A stretch of DNA of 64,000 nucleotides from the human T2T-CHM13v2.0 reference genome, Homo sapiens, in the NCBI RefSeq assembly GCF_009914755.1, contig NC_060935.1; one strand, written 5' to 3'. The translations under genes and the position numbers were made by a program. Below are positions 1 through 12,890 of this stretch, piece after piece (position 1 is the stretch's first letter; each line of letters starts with the position of its first letter). Below the pieces are notes generated by a model. The model did no database searches. It was not told where the DNA came from and worked only from the letters and a program-made list of their open reading frames with translations.

Positions 1-392
1 GAAAACGGTTTCTTTGTTTAAACCTCCTGAACCAAGGTCTGATAGTTTCAACCTCTTCTGCAGCTTTCTTACTTCTCTCAACCTTCATGGAATTGACAAG
101 ACTTAGACCCTTGTTCTGGGTTAGGCTTTGGCTTAAGGGAATGTTGTGAGTGGTTTGATTCATTAAGACCAATAAAACTTTTTCCATGTCAGCAATAACA
201 CTGTTTAGCTTTCTTTTATTTGTTGTTCATTCAAGTAGCACTTTTAATTAAAAAAAAAAAACTTTTATTTTGCATTCATAATTTTGCTGATTGGCACATG
301 ACACTTAGCTTTTGGCCTATCTGAGCTTTTAACATGCCATCTTCATTATGTTTAGTTATTTCTAGCTTTTTGTTTGAAGTGTGAGATGTGTG
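1..392 (-). mobile_element. Tigger1 (TcMar-Tigger) DNA transposon, transposase-region fragment left of the L1 insertion; runs off the window start
   Basis: The reverse complement follows the Tigger1 transposase N-terminal region (AAAAAGCTAGAAATAACTAA...GGCATGTTAAAAGCTCAGATAGGCCAAAAGCTAAG...ACAACATTCCCTTAAGCCAAAGCCTAA; translated KKLEITKHNEDGMLKAQIGQKL). It resumes at 8223. Confidence 0.9.
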
Positions 393-2682
393 GGAATGGA
401 GCAAGATGGTAGAATAGAAGGTTCCACCAATCATCCCCCTGCCACTACAAGGACACCAATTTAACAATTATCTACACACACACAAAAAAAGCACCTCCAT
501 AAGAACGAAAAATCGAGTGACCACTCACAGTACCTGATTTTAACCTCATATTGCTGAAAGAGACACTGAAGAGGTAACAAAAACAGTCCTGAATTGCCAA
601 TGGCACCTCTCCTCCATCCCCCAGCAGTGGTGGCATGGTGTGGAGAGTGTTTCTGTGCACTGGGGAGAGGGGAAGCACAGAAAATATGTGGCATTGTACT
701 CAGTGCTGCCCTATTATAACAAAAAACAAAACAGGACCAAACTAAGCTGACAGTCACCCACGGGTTTAAACCAGCCCTAGCTAGGGGAGTCAACCATGCC
801 AGTGGTCAGAACTTAAGTTCTTGCAAGCCTTGCCCCTGAAGTCTAGAGTGTTCTGTGGTTCTGCATAAACCTGAAGGGTAGTCTAGGCCACAGGAGCTGC
901 AGTTCTGTGGCAAGTCCCAAGTGCTGAACTGGGCCCAGAGCCAGTGGATGAGGGGGCCATGAGACCTACTGAAGCATCAGCCAAGGCTGCTAAGGGAGTG
1001 CCGGCATCACCCCTCCCCTAACTCCACGCTACACAGCTCATGGCTCCAAAAAAGTCCCCTTCTCTCTGCCTGAGGAAAGAAGAAGGAAGAGTGGGAAGGA
1101 CTTTGTCTTGCACCTTGGATACCAGCTCAGCCACAGCAGGATGGAGCAGTGGTCAGAGCCATGAGGCCCCGTTTCTAGGCCCTAATTCACAGACTACATT
1201 TCTAGAAACATGCTGGGCCAGAAGGGAACCTGCTGACTCAAAAGGAAGGACACAGTACTGGCAGGATTAATTACCTGCTAATTGAAAAGGCCTTGGTACA
1301 AATAGCCAGCAGGAATACCCAATACTACATCAAGGGCTTTGAGTGAGACTCTGAGACTTGCTGTCTTCAGGTGAGACTGAGCACATTCTCAGATGTGGTG
1401 GCTACGGGGTGAGATTCCTTCCCATTGAGAAAAGTGGAGGGAAAAGTAAAGGGGACTAAGGAACCTGGTGCATGGAAGGCAAGGATCCAGTACTGTTAGA
1501 ATTCATCACCTGCTAACTGGGAAGTCCTTGGGCTTTGAATAACCAGCAGTGATACCCAGGCACTATGCCAAGGGCATTGGATGAGACTCTGAAACTTGCT
1601 TGCTTCAGATGAGACTCAGCACATTCCCAGATACAGTGGCTATGGAGTGAAACTCTTTCCACTTGAGAAAGGTGTAGGAAAAATTTAAGGAGACTTTGTC
1701 TTATACCTTAGGTACCAGCTTGGCTATAGGGGCATAAGAGCACCAAGTGGGCTCTTAGGGTCCCTGATTCTAGGACTTGGCTTTTGGACATTTCTGGACC
1801 TGCCCTAGGCCAGAGGGGAGCTCATTGCCCTGAAGGGTGAGTGCTAGGTCAGGCAGCATTCACAAGCTTACTGGAGAGCCCTTGGGACTTAAGAGAACAT
1901 TGGTAGTAGTCTGACATTACCTCCTGTGGCCTGTGGAAGTGGTGGCCATGGAGTGAAGCTCCTCTGCCTTTGGAAAGGGGAAGGAAGAGTGGGAAGGATG
2001 GCATCTTTTGGTTTGAATGCCAGCTCAAATTCAGTACAATAGAATACTAGGTGGACTTCTAAGGTTTTTGACTATAGTTTATGGCTCACAGCTGCCACCT
2101 CTGGACCTGCCTAGAGCCTAGCAGACCTCATCACCCTGAAGGGAAGGACACAGGCCTGGATGGCTTTGCCACCTGCTGATTATAGAGCCCCAAGTCCTGA
2201 AGTAAACATAGGTCATAGACAAGCAATGGTTACAGTAAGCACTGGGCAAGACCCAGGGTTATGCTGGCTTTACATCTCATCCAGTACAGTCCTAGTGGTT
2301 GTGGCCATGGGGGTGCTTGTGTCACCCCACCCTCTGCTCCAGGTGGCTCAGAACAGAGAGAGGGGCTTTGTTTGGGAGAAAATAAGGGAAGAGAACAAGA
2401 ATCTCTACCTGGTAATCCAGAGAAGTCTTCCAGATCTTGCCCAAGATCGTCAAGGCAATACATGTAGAAGTTTGCAAGAACCACAGTGTAGTGAGCTTGG
2501 GGTTTCCCCTAAAACAGATGCAGCTTAGATCACAACACCCAAGTCCTTTTGAGTATCTAGAAAGCCTTTCCCAGAAGGATGAGTACAAACAAGCCCAGAT
2601 TGAGAAGACTACAATAAATACCTAACCCTTCAAGGTCCAGACACTAAAGGACATCTACAAGTATCAAGACCATCCAGAAAAC

Positions 2683-3720
2683 ACGACCTCACCAAAAGCA
2701 CTAAATAAGACCCCAGAGACCAATCCAGGGGAACCAGAGATATGTGACCTTTCAGACAGAAAATTCAAAATAATGATTTTGAGGAAAACAAAAAACTGTA
2801 AGATAACACAGATAAGGAATTCAGAATTATATGAGACAAATTTAACAAAGATATTAAAATAATTTAAAAGATCAAGCAGAAATGCTGGAGCTGAAAATGC
2901 AACTGGAATATTGAAGAATGCATCAGAGACTTAATAGCAGATTTAATCAAGCAGAAGAAAGAATTAGTGAACTTGAAGACAGGCTACTTGAAAATATACA
3001 CGGTCTAAGAAGACAAAAGAAAAAGAATAAAAAACAATGAAGGACACCTACAAGATCTAGAAAATAGCTTCAAAAAAGGCAAATCTAAGAGGTTTTGAAC
3101 ATAAAGAAGAGGTAGAGAAGGAGATAGATATAGAAAGTTTATTCAAAGAGATAATAACAGAGAACTTCCCAAACATAGAGAAAGATATCGATATCCAAGT
3201 ACAAGAAGGTTATAGAATACCAAGAAGATTTAACCCAAATAAGACTACCTCAAGGCATTTAGCAATCAAACTCCCAAAGGTCAACGATAAAGAAAGGATC
3301 CTAAAAGCATCAAGAGGAAGGACACAAATAATATACAGCAGAGCTTCAATATGTCTGGCAGCAGATTCCTCACTGGAAACCTTACAGGCCAGGAGAGAGT
3401 TGCATGACATATTTAAAGTGCTGAAGAAATAAAAATTCTTACCTCAGAATAGCATATCCAGTGAAACTATCCTTCAAACATGAAAGAGAAATGAAGACTT
3501 TCCCAGAAAAACAAAGGCTGAGGGGTTTCATCAATATCAGACCTGTCTCAGAAGAAATGCTAAAGGGAGTGCTTCAATCAGAAGGAAAAGCACAGTAAAG
3601 AACAATAAGAAATCACCTGAAAGTGCTAAACTCACTGGTAATAGTAAGTTCACAAAAGAACACAGAATATTATAACACTGTAACTCTGATGTGTAAACTA
3701 CTCTTGTCTTAAGTAGAAAG
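2683..3720 (+). pseudogene. Decayed L1 ORF1 of the L1MA1/2 element
   Basis: The presumed start is mutated (ACGACCTCACC). ORF1-like coiled-coil/RRM sequence (GCAGAAGAAAGAATTAGTGAACTTGAAGAC; GAAACCTTACAGGCCAGGAGAGAG) carries many stops and frameshifts. End approximate. Confidence 0.8.
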
Positions 3721-4109
3721 GCTTAATGAACCAATCAAATGTAATAAGTACAACAACTTTTCAAGAAATACACAGTACAATGAGATATAAATAGGAAAAA
3801 AACAAAAAGTTAAAAAGCGGACGGATAAAATTAGGGCATGGAGTCTTTATTTGTTTCCTTTTTGCTTATTTGTGTGTTTGTATTGCAAACAGTGTTGTTA
3901 TTAGCTGCAAATAATGGGTTATAATATTCTATTTGCAAGCTTCAAAGCAAAGGTTACTATTTGTAACCTTAAAGCAAAAACCATGTAACAGATACACACA
4001 CAAAAAAGCAAGAAATTTAATTATATCACCAGGCAAAATCACCTTCACAAAAGGAAGATGGGAAGGAAGAAAGAGAAGGCCACAAAACAACAAGAAAACA
4101 GATAACAAA

Positions 4110-7100
4110 ATGGAAAGAATAAGTCCTAACTAATCAATAACATCATTGGGTGTAAATGGGCTGCACTCTCCACTCAAAAGACACGGAGTGGCTGAATGGA
4201 CAAAAAAAAAAAAAAAGAAGACCCAGTGATCTGTTACCTACAAAGAACATACTTCACATACAGATGGAAAATAAAGAGATGGAAAAACTTATTCCATGCC
4301 AATAAAACTGAAAAGAACAGGAGTAGTATACTTTTATATCAGACAAAATAGATTTCAAGACAAAAACTATAAGAAGAGACAAAGAAAGTCACTATATAAT
4401 AATAAAGAGGTCAATGCAGCAAGAGGATATAATCATTTAAAATTTATAGGTACATAACATTGGAGGACCAAGATATATAAAGAAAATATTATTAGAGCTA
4501 AAGAGAGAAATAGGCCCTAATACAATGATATCTGGAGACCTCAACACCCAACTTTCAACAATGCAAAGATCTTTCAGACAGAAAACTAGCAAAGAGAATA
4601 GTGGACTTAATCTACACTATATAACAAATTGACCTAAAAGATATTTACAGAACATTTCGTCTAACAGCTATATATGAGAATAGACTATATATTAAGTCAC
4701 AAAACAAGTCTCAAAACATTTTTTAAGTGGAAATAACATTAAGCTCCTTCTCTGATTATAATGGAATAAAACTATAAATCAATAACAAGAAGAATTTTGG
4801 AAAAATATAAATACATGGAAATTAAACAATATGCTCCTGAATGACCAGTGGATCAGTGAAGAAATTAAGAAGGAAACTGAAAAATTTCTTGAAACAAATG
4901 ACAATGGAAGCACAACATACCAAGACCTATGAGATACAACAAAAGCAGTACTAAGAGGAAAGTTTATAGCTATAAAGGTTTACATCAAAAAAGAAGAAAA
5001 AATTCAGATAGAAACCTAATGCTGCAACTTAAGGAACTATAAATACAAGAGCAAATCAAACTCAAAATAAGTAGAAGAAAAGAAATAATAAAGATCAGAG
5101 TAAAAATAAATACGATCAAAATGAAGAAAGTTATAGGAAAGATCAATGGTATGAAAAGTTGTTTTTTTGAAGTTAACAAAAATTAACAAACCTTTTAACA
5201 AACCTTTAGCCAGAAAATGAAGAAAAAAAAGATCAAAATAAATACAATCAGAGATGAAAAAGGAGACACGATAACTGATGTTACAGAAATTCAAAGATTG
5301 TTTAGTGGCTACTGTGAGCAACTACATGTAAATAAATAGAAAACTCCAAAAGAAATGGACAAATCCCCAAACACATACAACCTACCAAGATTGAACCATG
5401 AAGAAATTCAAAACCCTCGCAGACCAATAACAAGTAATGAGATCTAAGCCATAATAACAAGTCTCCCAGTAAAGAAAAGTCTGGGACCTGATGACTTCAC
5501 TGCTGAATTCTACCAAACATTTAAAGAAATCCTACTTAAACTATTCCAAAAAATATAGAAGAAAGAAATAGTCCAAACTCATTCTGGAAGGCCAGTATTA
5601 CCCTGGTACCAAAACCACATAAAGACACATCAAAAAAAGAAAACTATAGGCTAATATATTTGATGAATATTGATTGAAAAATTCTTAATAAAGTACTAAC
5701 AATCTGAATTCAATAATGAAATAAAAAGATCATTCATTATGACCAAGTGGGATTTATCCCTGGGATGCAAGTGTGGTTCAACATATGCAAATCAATCAAT
5801 GTGATACTTCATATCAACAAAAAGAAAAAAAATGATCATTTCAATTGATACTGAAAGTGTTTTATAAAATTCAACATCCCTTCATGATAAAAAAAAACTC
5901 AAAAAACAGGATAAAACAAACATACTTCAACATAATAAAAGCCATATATGACAGATCACAGCTAGTATCATACTGAAGAGGAAAAAACTGAAAACATTTC
6001 CTCTAAGACCTGAAATATGACAGGATGCTCACTTTCATAACTGATATTCAACACATTACTGGAGATCCTAACTAGAGCAATCAGACAACAAAAAGAAATA
6101 AAGGGCATCCAGCTTGGGAAAGAAGTCAAATTATGCTTGTTTGGAGATGACATGACGTTAGATTTGAAAATGACATGATGTTATATTTGGAAAAACCTAA
6201 AAACTCCACAAGAATCTATTAGAACTGATAAGCAAATTCAGTAAAGTTGCAGAATAAAAAGTCAACATACAATAATCAGTAGCATTTCTACATGCTGACA
6301 GTGAGCAATCTGAAAAAAAATTTTAAAGGTAATCCCATTTACAATAGCCACAAATAAAATTAAATATCTAGAAACTAACCAAACAAATGAAATATCTCTA
6401 CAATGAAAACTATAAGACACTCATAAACAAAATCGAAGAGGACACCAAAGAATGGAAGGATATTTCATGTTCATGGATTGGAAGAATCAATATTGTTAAA
6501 ATGTACATACTACCCAAAGCAATCTACATATTCAATGCCATTTTTATCAAAATACCAATGACATTCTACACAGAAACAGAAAAAAAAAATCCCAGAATAG
6601 CCAAAGATAGCCTAAACAAAAAGAACAAAACTGAAGGAATCACATTACCTGACTTCAAATTATACTATAGAGCAATAGTAACCTAAACAGTGTGGTACTG
6701 TTACAAATACAAATACATAGACCAATGAAATGTAATAGAGAACCCAGAAGAAACCCCACACACTCACAGGAGATTCATTTTCAACAAAGGTGAAAAGAAC
6801 ATATTGAAGAGTCTCTTCAATAAATGGTGTTAAGAAAAGTGGATATCCACATGCAGAAGAAAGGAACTAGGCCTCTATCTCTTGCCATACAAAAATCAAA
6901 TCAAAATGGATTAAATACTTAAATATAAGATCTCAAACTGTGAAACTACTACAAGAAAACATTGCGGAAATTATCCAGGACACGGTCCGGACAAAAATTT
7001 CTTGAATAATACGCCACAAGCACAGGCAACCAAAGCAAAAACTGGACAAATGGGATCATGTCAAGTTGAAAACCTACTGCACAGCAAATGAAACAATCAA

Positions 7101-7825
7101 CAAAGTGAAGTGACAGTCCGCAGAATTGGATAAAACATTTGCAAACTACCCATCAGACAAAGAATTGATAACCAGAATATATAAGGAGCTCAACCAACTC
7201 TATAGGAAAAAATCTAATAATTTATTATAAAAAAAATGGGCAAACGATTTGAATACACATTTCTCAAAAAAAAAAGACATACAAATGACAAACAGTCATA
7301 TGAAAATGTGCTCAACATCATTGTTCATCAGAGAAATACAAATCAACACTACAAGATATCATCTCACCCCAGTTAAAATGGCTTGTATACAAAGGACAGG
7401 TAATAAATGCTGATAAGGATGTGGAGAAAAGGAAACCCTCCTACACTCTTGGTAGGAATTTAAACTAACACAACCACTACAGAGAATGGTTTGGAGCCTC
7501 CTCAAAAATCTAAAAATAGAGCTACTTTAAGATCCAGCAATCCCACTGCTAGGTATACACCCAAAAGAAAGAAAGTCAGTATATCAAAGAGATATCTGCG
7601 CTCTCATGTATGTTGTAGCCGTGTTTCAATAGTCAAAAGTTAGAAGCAAACTAAGTATCCATTAACAGATAAATGGATAAAGAACATGTAGTACTTATAC
7701 ACAATGGAGTACTATTCAGCCGTAATGAATAATACATGGATGAAACCAGAGGTCGTTATTCTAAGTGAAATAAGCCAGGCACAGAAAGACAAACATTACA
7801 TGTTTTCACTTATTTGTGGAATCTA
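4110..7825 (+). pseudogene. Decayed L1 ORF2 (endonuclease/reverse transcriptase) of the L1MA1/2 element
   Basis: ORF fragment 6387-6686 ([25 protein letters not shown]...[16 protein letters not shown]) is L1 ORF2p. The FADD region reads LFGDDM at ~6137-6154. Numerous disruptions. Confidence 0.88.
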
Positions 7826-8222
7826 AAAATCAAAGCAATTGAACTCATGGAGACTGAGAGAAGAAGGATGATTACCAAGGGATGGGAAGGGCAGTTGGGG
7901 GTATCATGGGAAGGTGGACATGGTTAATGGGTACAGAAAGGATAGAAAGAATGAACAAGGCTAGTATTTGATTGCACACAGGGTGGGTATAACCAATAAT
8001 AATTTAATTGTACATTTAAAAATATCTAAGAGTATAATTGAATGGTTTGTAACACAAAGGATAAATGCTTGAGGAAATGGATACCTCATTTTCCATGATG
8101 TAATTATTACACATTGCATGCTTATTTTAAAATATCTCATGTACCCCATAAATACAAATACCTACTATGTAAAGACCAAAATTAAAATTAAAAACTAAAC
8201 AAAATAAAATGAGAGATATGTG

Positions 8223-8639
8223 TTTCTTCCCTTCACTTGAACATTTAGAGGTGTACTTTCAATATTTTTGTATCTCAGGGAATAGGGAAGCCCAAAGAGA
8301 GGGAGAGAGTTGGAGAAATAGCTTTTCAGTGGAGCAGTCATAAAACATCCAATACTTACTGATTAAGTTCATTGTCTTATGTGGGAGCAGTTAGTGGTGC
8401 CTCAAAACAATTAGAATAGTAACATCAAAGATCACTGCTCATAGATCACTGTACCAGATATAATGATGAAAATCTTTGAAATATTGTGAGAACTATTAAA
8501 ATGTGACACAAAGACACAAAGTGAGCACGTGTTGGAAAAATGGTGACAATAGCCTTGTTAGACATAGGGTTGCCCCAAATCTTTGATTTGTAAAATAAAA
8601 AACACTATCTCAGAAGTACAATAAAATGAGGTATACCTG
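8223..8639 (-). mobile_element. Tigger1 5' end including terminal inverted repeat (continuation of 1-392)
   Basis: AACATCAAAGATCACTG...GTGACACAAAGACACAAAGTGAGCAC...ATAAAATGAGGTATACCTG. The reverse complement begins CAGGTATACCTCATTTTATTG, the Tigger1 terminus. Confidence 0.92.
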
Positions 8640-8740
8640 TTAATAACAGTTCACCGTGATAAATGCTATGTTAGATCAAGTCCATGATGCTGAGGGTAAA
8701 AAGGAGGTAAAGAAAGGTCTTCTGAAAAATTATTCTAAGT

Positions 8741-8776
8741 TGAGTCATTATCTAGCAATGAGTCATTATCTAGCAA
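8741..8776. repeat. Perfect 18-bp tandem duplication (TGAGTCATTATCTAGCAA x2)
   Basis: Read directly at 8741-8758 and 8759-8776. Confidence 0.97.
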
Positions 8777-9914
8777 TGAGAGTGAAGAAGGTTTGCTGGG
8801 ACCTTGAAAATGGTCCAGTATGTCTCATGAGACCAAGATGAGAGAATAAAGGGATAGAAGTAAATAGAGTTTGTCTTTCAAAGAAGTTCTGAGATCCACT
8901 CATGGCATGATATTAAGCTCTCTGTGTATATGTATATTATGAACAACAAAATAAAACATGGCATCAATTAAGGACAGTAGAAAATGTTTGGTTCAGCTAT
9001 AAAGATGGTGTATACATTTTTCTGAATGTCAATTTTATAGCTGAGAATTAATGCAAAAACATGTTCATTGATGGAAAACATAAACTTTAATTCCTTTTTC
9101 ACGGATTAGATACTAAGGTGGGAGACATCCTTAGGTAACAGAGAAGTAATGTTCCCATTTCACAAGTGAGGAAATTGAAAGATAAAGTTCAGATAGGTTA
9201 AATCTTGATATTCACAATTAAAACCAGAATTAAAATTTACTAATGTCAGATAAGCATGTCTAGCAACAAATGACATGCTGCAATTATCACTTGGCATGCA
9301 CTCAAGAAGAGCTAGGCTCTTGCTCTAACTTGATTTGATATTTAGGCAAATGGCTACCTAGTCTTGAAATGATAAGGAAGGTCCATTTTATTTCTAACCT
9401 TCGTAGATTCTTAAATATTTTACTTTCAAGTACAAATAATTTTACTTTGTACCTACCAATTTTAGAAAAATGTAAATTATAGAATATTCTACTATGTTTA
9501 ATTGAAAGTATGCCAACCTGTTAAATAGGTCAGTCTAAGCTTTTTCTGTATAAGCTTTAAGATTTCTAATTGCACCATGGTACTAAAGATTCGATGACAT
9601 GAAGTATTGTTGAGTACAGAACTGTTCCCAAGCAAATGTCTAAGCGGTTGTTACAGGGAACTTCTTCATGTTCCCTATGGCTATTTTCTATTTGCTTCCA
9701 CCTCAGTATTTTCACCTGTGGATGCTGTGGTTCTAGACGGAAAGTGTTAGAAAACCTACATGTAAGTGTTCCCTAGACTTCAGCAGACATCATCTTATCT
9801 GGGAGAAGTTTATATAAATCTTGAAACACTTAACAATTGAAGATTTCTATGTTAATTTTTTCTACTCTAGGCACAAATTTCCTCCTTATAAAAGTGACCA
9901 TGTGACTTGGATGC

Positions 9915-10145
9915 TTGTGTTTATTGAGCACTTACTATAGGCCTTTCATCTCTCCAGGTACGTTCCCTATATTATCTAATTTGATTCTTATAACATCCTT
10001 ATAATTACTCTTACTATATTTCTAATATCTATTTAACAAATAAAAATATTGGAGGTGGGGGTAACATAGAGACACTAATCAACTTGCCCAAAATTGTACA
10101 CCTAGTAAACTATTCAGTCAAAATTCAAATCTAAACTATCTGATT
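9915..10145 (-). mobile_element. MIR SINE relic
   Basis: TTTATTGAGCACTTACTAT...AACTTGCCCAAAATTGTACACCTAGTAA, typical MIR antisense core. Confidence 0.7.
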
Positions 10146-11035
10146 CAGGAAACTGGCTTCAGGTTTTTTTCTAGTTGTGAAGATACTCCACACTTTGTGA
10201 AGTAATGTAGTGTTTACAAAACATTCTCATTCTTTTCTGTCTCTGGAACTGAAACAAATCATCCAAGGTTATTAGAACAGTTATTCAGATCTTCACTTTA
10301 GAGAAATAGCTAAGTCTCCGAAGGATGATTGATTTAAGCTCTTAGAGCCAGAATCCTCTAGGTTCACTGATTCATTTACTCTTTCTAGAAGAAGGTATTT
10401 CCCCTGCTACACATGTTATATTTTTGCAAGGGAAGTAAAATAGGAATGGAAACACATCCCAAACACCATTCCCAACTATTTCTCTTAGCTTTTTAGGAGC
10501 TAAAATTTGGTTAAGGAAATTACCAGATGACAGCACTTTTATGTTGAAAAATGCAACCATAGCTGAAAAGAACTGTTGTGAGTCCAAGAGAACAAATACA
10601 TTCAATGGGAAATGTGGTAACCATACTTGGGTTATTCTCACCACATACCCTACGTGAGGAGACAAGTTTGTAAAATCAAGGAGTTTGACAGTATAGCAAA
10701 TCAGGACTAACAACAGCATAAGCAAGAAGCAGGATGATGTGTGCAGAATATATTAAATACCTACCAACCTAGGCTAGTTACTCAAAGCCATATAATTCCA
10801 AATGTTTTGTCAGAAGATAAATCAGTAGGCTTGAACTACTCCACACAGGGTGTGCTGTGTAACAAAATCAAAATCGTAAATCTGTTAAAGTTTTTCGGGT
10901 ACCTGAATGAGGGAAATGTTTCCTGAAGGCATCTGAGAGAAAGTTGGCACAGTATGGGAGAAAATACCCAAGATCAGAAAGCAAGGGACTCTGATTCCAA
11001 TTACTGCTTTTGATTTCATTTGTGATGACGTTTTA

Positions 11036-11477
<442 letters not shown>

Positions 11478-11899
11478 TTAGCTATGTGTATGTAGGGTTA
11501 GGTGATATAAGCAATAAAAGGAATTGCTTTTAGATAGGTCAACTGTACACAATATATCTAGGAAGGCACATTTACTGACAGCTATTAAATCTAATGAAGA
11601 GGAAGCCATTAGCCAGAGGTTGTTTCTGTAATAAGAACTTCGAGATAAGCAAACCAAAACTCAATTCAATGTAAACAGTAAAACAAAACTTAATAATTCA
11701 TAAACTGCAAACTAACCTCTAACTAGGGACTTTCCACCAGATAATACCCAAATAAGGCAAAGTCTAGGCGAAGTCTAGTTGTAGCCAGCCAAGTACTTTC
11801 TCTTCTTTTCTTCCATATTCCATCTTTAAAAGCTCACTGCACATGCTACAGAGGAGAGCACAGAGCTCTCTGAACTTCTTCTGGTTCTGAGTGCTGCCC

Positions 11900-12085
11900 A
11901 ATATATATACATATACATATATATACACATATACATATATATTTATATATATATATACACACACACACATATATGTATATATAAATAAAGGAAATTCCTG
12001 GATGACTATATATATACATACATATATGTGTGTGTGTACCTATATAGGTATGTGTACATATATATAGTTTGTGTATATGTATATT
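11900..12085. repeat. Compound (TA)n/(CA)n/(TG)n microsatellite region
   Basis: Read directly. Confidence 0.95.
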
Positions 12086-12149
12086 TCTTTGTTCACATAT
12101 ACTCTATCAAATTTAATTTGTCTACAGTTTTTCTTTAAAGCAGCATATA

Positions 12150-12320
12150 ATAAGCTTTGCACTATGTTAGGCACTTCTCAGTTTCCCTGATTGTCTGTCA
12201 TTATCATTTTACTGATAAGAAAATTCAGTCTCCAAGAGGTTAACGATTTTTCTTAGGATTACACAGCTAGTAATCTGTAGCACAGAAATTCAAATCTATA
12301 TGTAGTCTACCACAAAAGAA
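12150..12320 (-). mobile_element. MIR SINE relic
   Basis: CATTTTACTGATAAGAAAATTCAG...AGGATTACACAGCTAGTAA MIR core. Confidence 0.65.
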
Positions 12321-12394
12321 AAAAAAAGGAATGGAAGAGACAGATGAAAGAGTCAGAGAAACAGGTGAACTGGAAAAGTGCAGCATCATGATGG

Positions 12395-12890
12395 CATAGG
12401 GGTGGAGAGAAAGCTTTCCTCTTGGGCCGCTGAAGGTTCACTGAACCATCAACTCACAAAAGGCAGATTAATTGGAGAAAAAGCATCCAAATATATTTAA
12501 CATGCAAATGGAGAGAATCAGAGTGATTACTCCATCCCCAAGAGGATTCAGAAGCACATAATCTTCTTGGCAAAACAGGTTACGGGACAGGGTAGGAAAG
12601 CAATTCTGTTGAGGGGAATACTAGAGAGAATGAGTGGATCAGGGAACAGAGATCAACTGTATTATCTTGTGAAAAGATCTGTTTAGGCGTGGTTACATTC
12701 TTGGTCTTACAGGGAGGAGAAGAAAAAAAAACAATTTTTCTCCCTTATGGGTCTGGATCTTAGGCAGATAAATGAACTTCAACTTCTTTGGGAGAAGTGG
12801 TTGGGGGAGAGGTCAGAGAGACCTTGAGGCATCTTCAGTTCAGCATGTCAAAATGCCATATTCTGGGGTAACATTTTGTGAACCCCAACA
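12395..12890 (-). mobile_element. ERV1-class solo LTR (MER34/MER39/LTR29/LTR48-like; exact subfamily uncertain)
   Basis: The reverse complement starts TGTTGGGGTTCACAAAATGTTACCCCAGAATATGGCATTTTGACATGCTGAACTGAAG. 4-bp TSD ATGG (12391-12394 / 12891-12894). It interrupts an L2-like stretch. Confidence 0.8.

Larger units (their letters stand above)
393..8206 (+). mobile_element. Full-length old LINE-1, L1MA1/L1MA2-type (~7.8 kb, long 5'UTR, decayed ORF1/ORF2)
   Basis: Starts GGAATGGAGCAAGATGG (L1 5' end with YY1-type motif). L1MA1/2-like 3'UTR (CACAAAGGATAAATGCTTGAGG...CATGTACCCCATAAATA...CCTACTATGTA) with an A-rich tail. Degenerate TSD: AAGTGTGAGATGTGTG (377-392) / AAATGAGAGATATGTG (8207-8222). 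Confidence 0.93.

Noticed and set aside
461-2625. ORFs of 60-122 aa (e.g. 461-793, 2160-2528)
   Set aside because: They lie inside the GC-richer L1MA 5'UTR and resemble no protein I recognise.
9252-9280. p53-like half-sites AAGCATGTCT / TGACATGCTG (8-bp inverted repeat)
   Set aside because: The 9-bp spacer and mismatched second half-site make a weak match that is expected by chance.
9613-9628. ARE/GRE-like AGTACA-GAAC-TGTTCC
   Set aside because: The spacer is 4 bp, not the required 3.
10372-10725. 117-aa ORF on -
   Set aside because: Non-ATG start, composition typical of AT-rich non-coding DNA, no recognisable domain.
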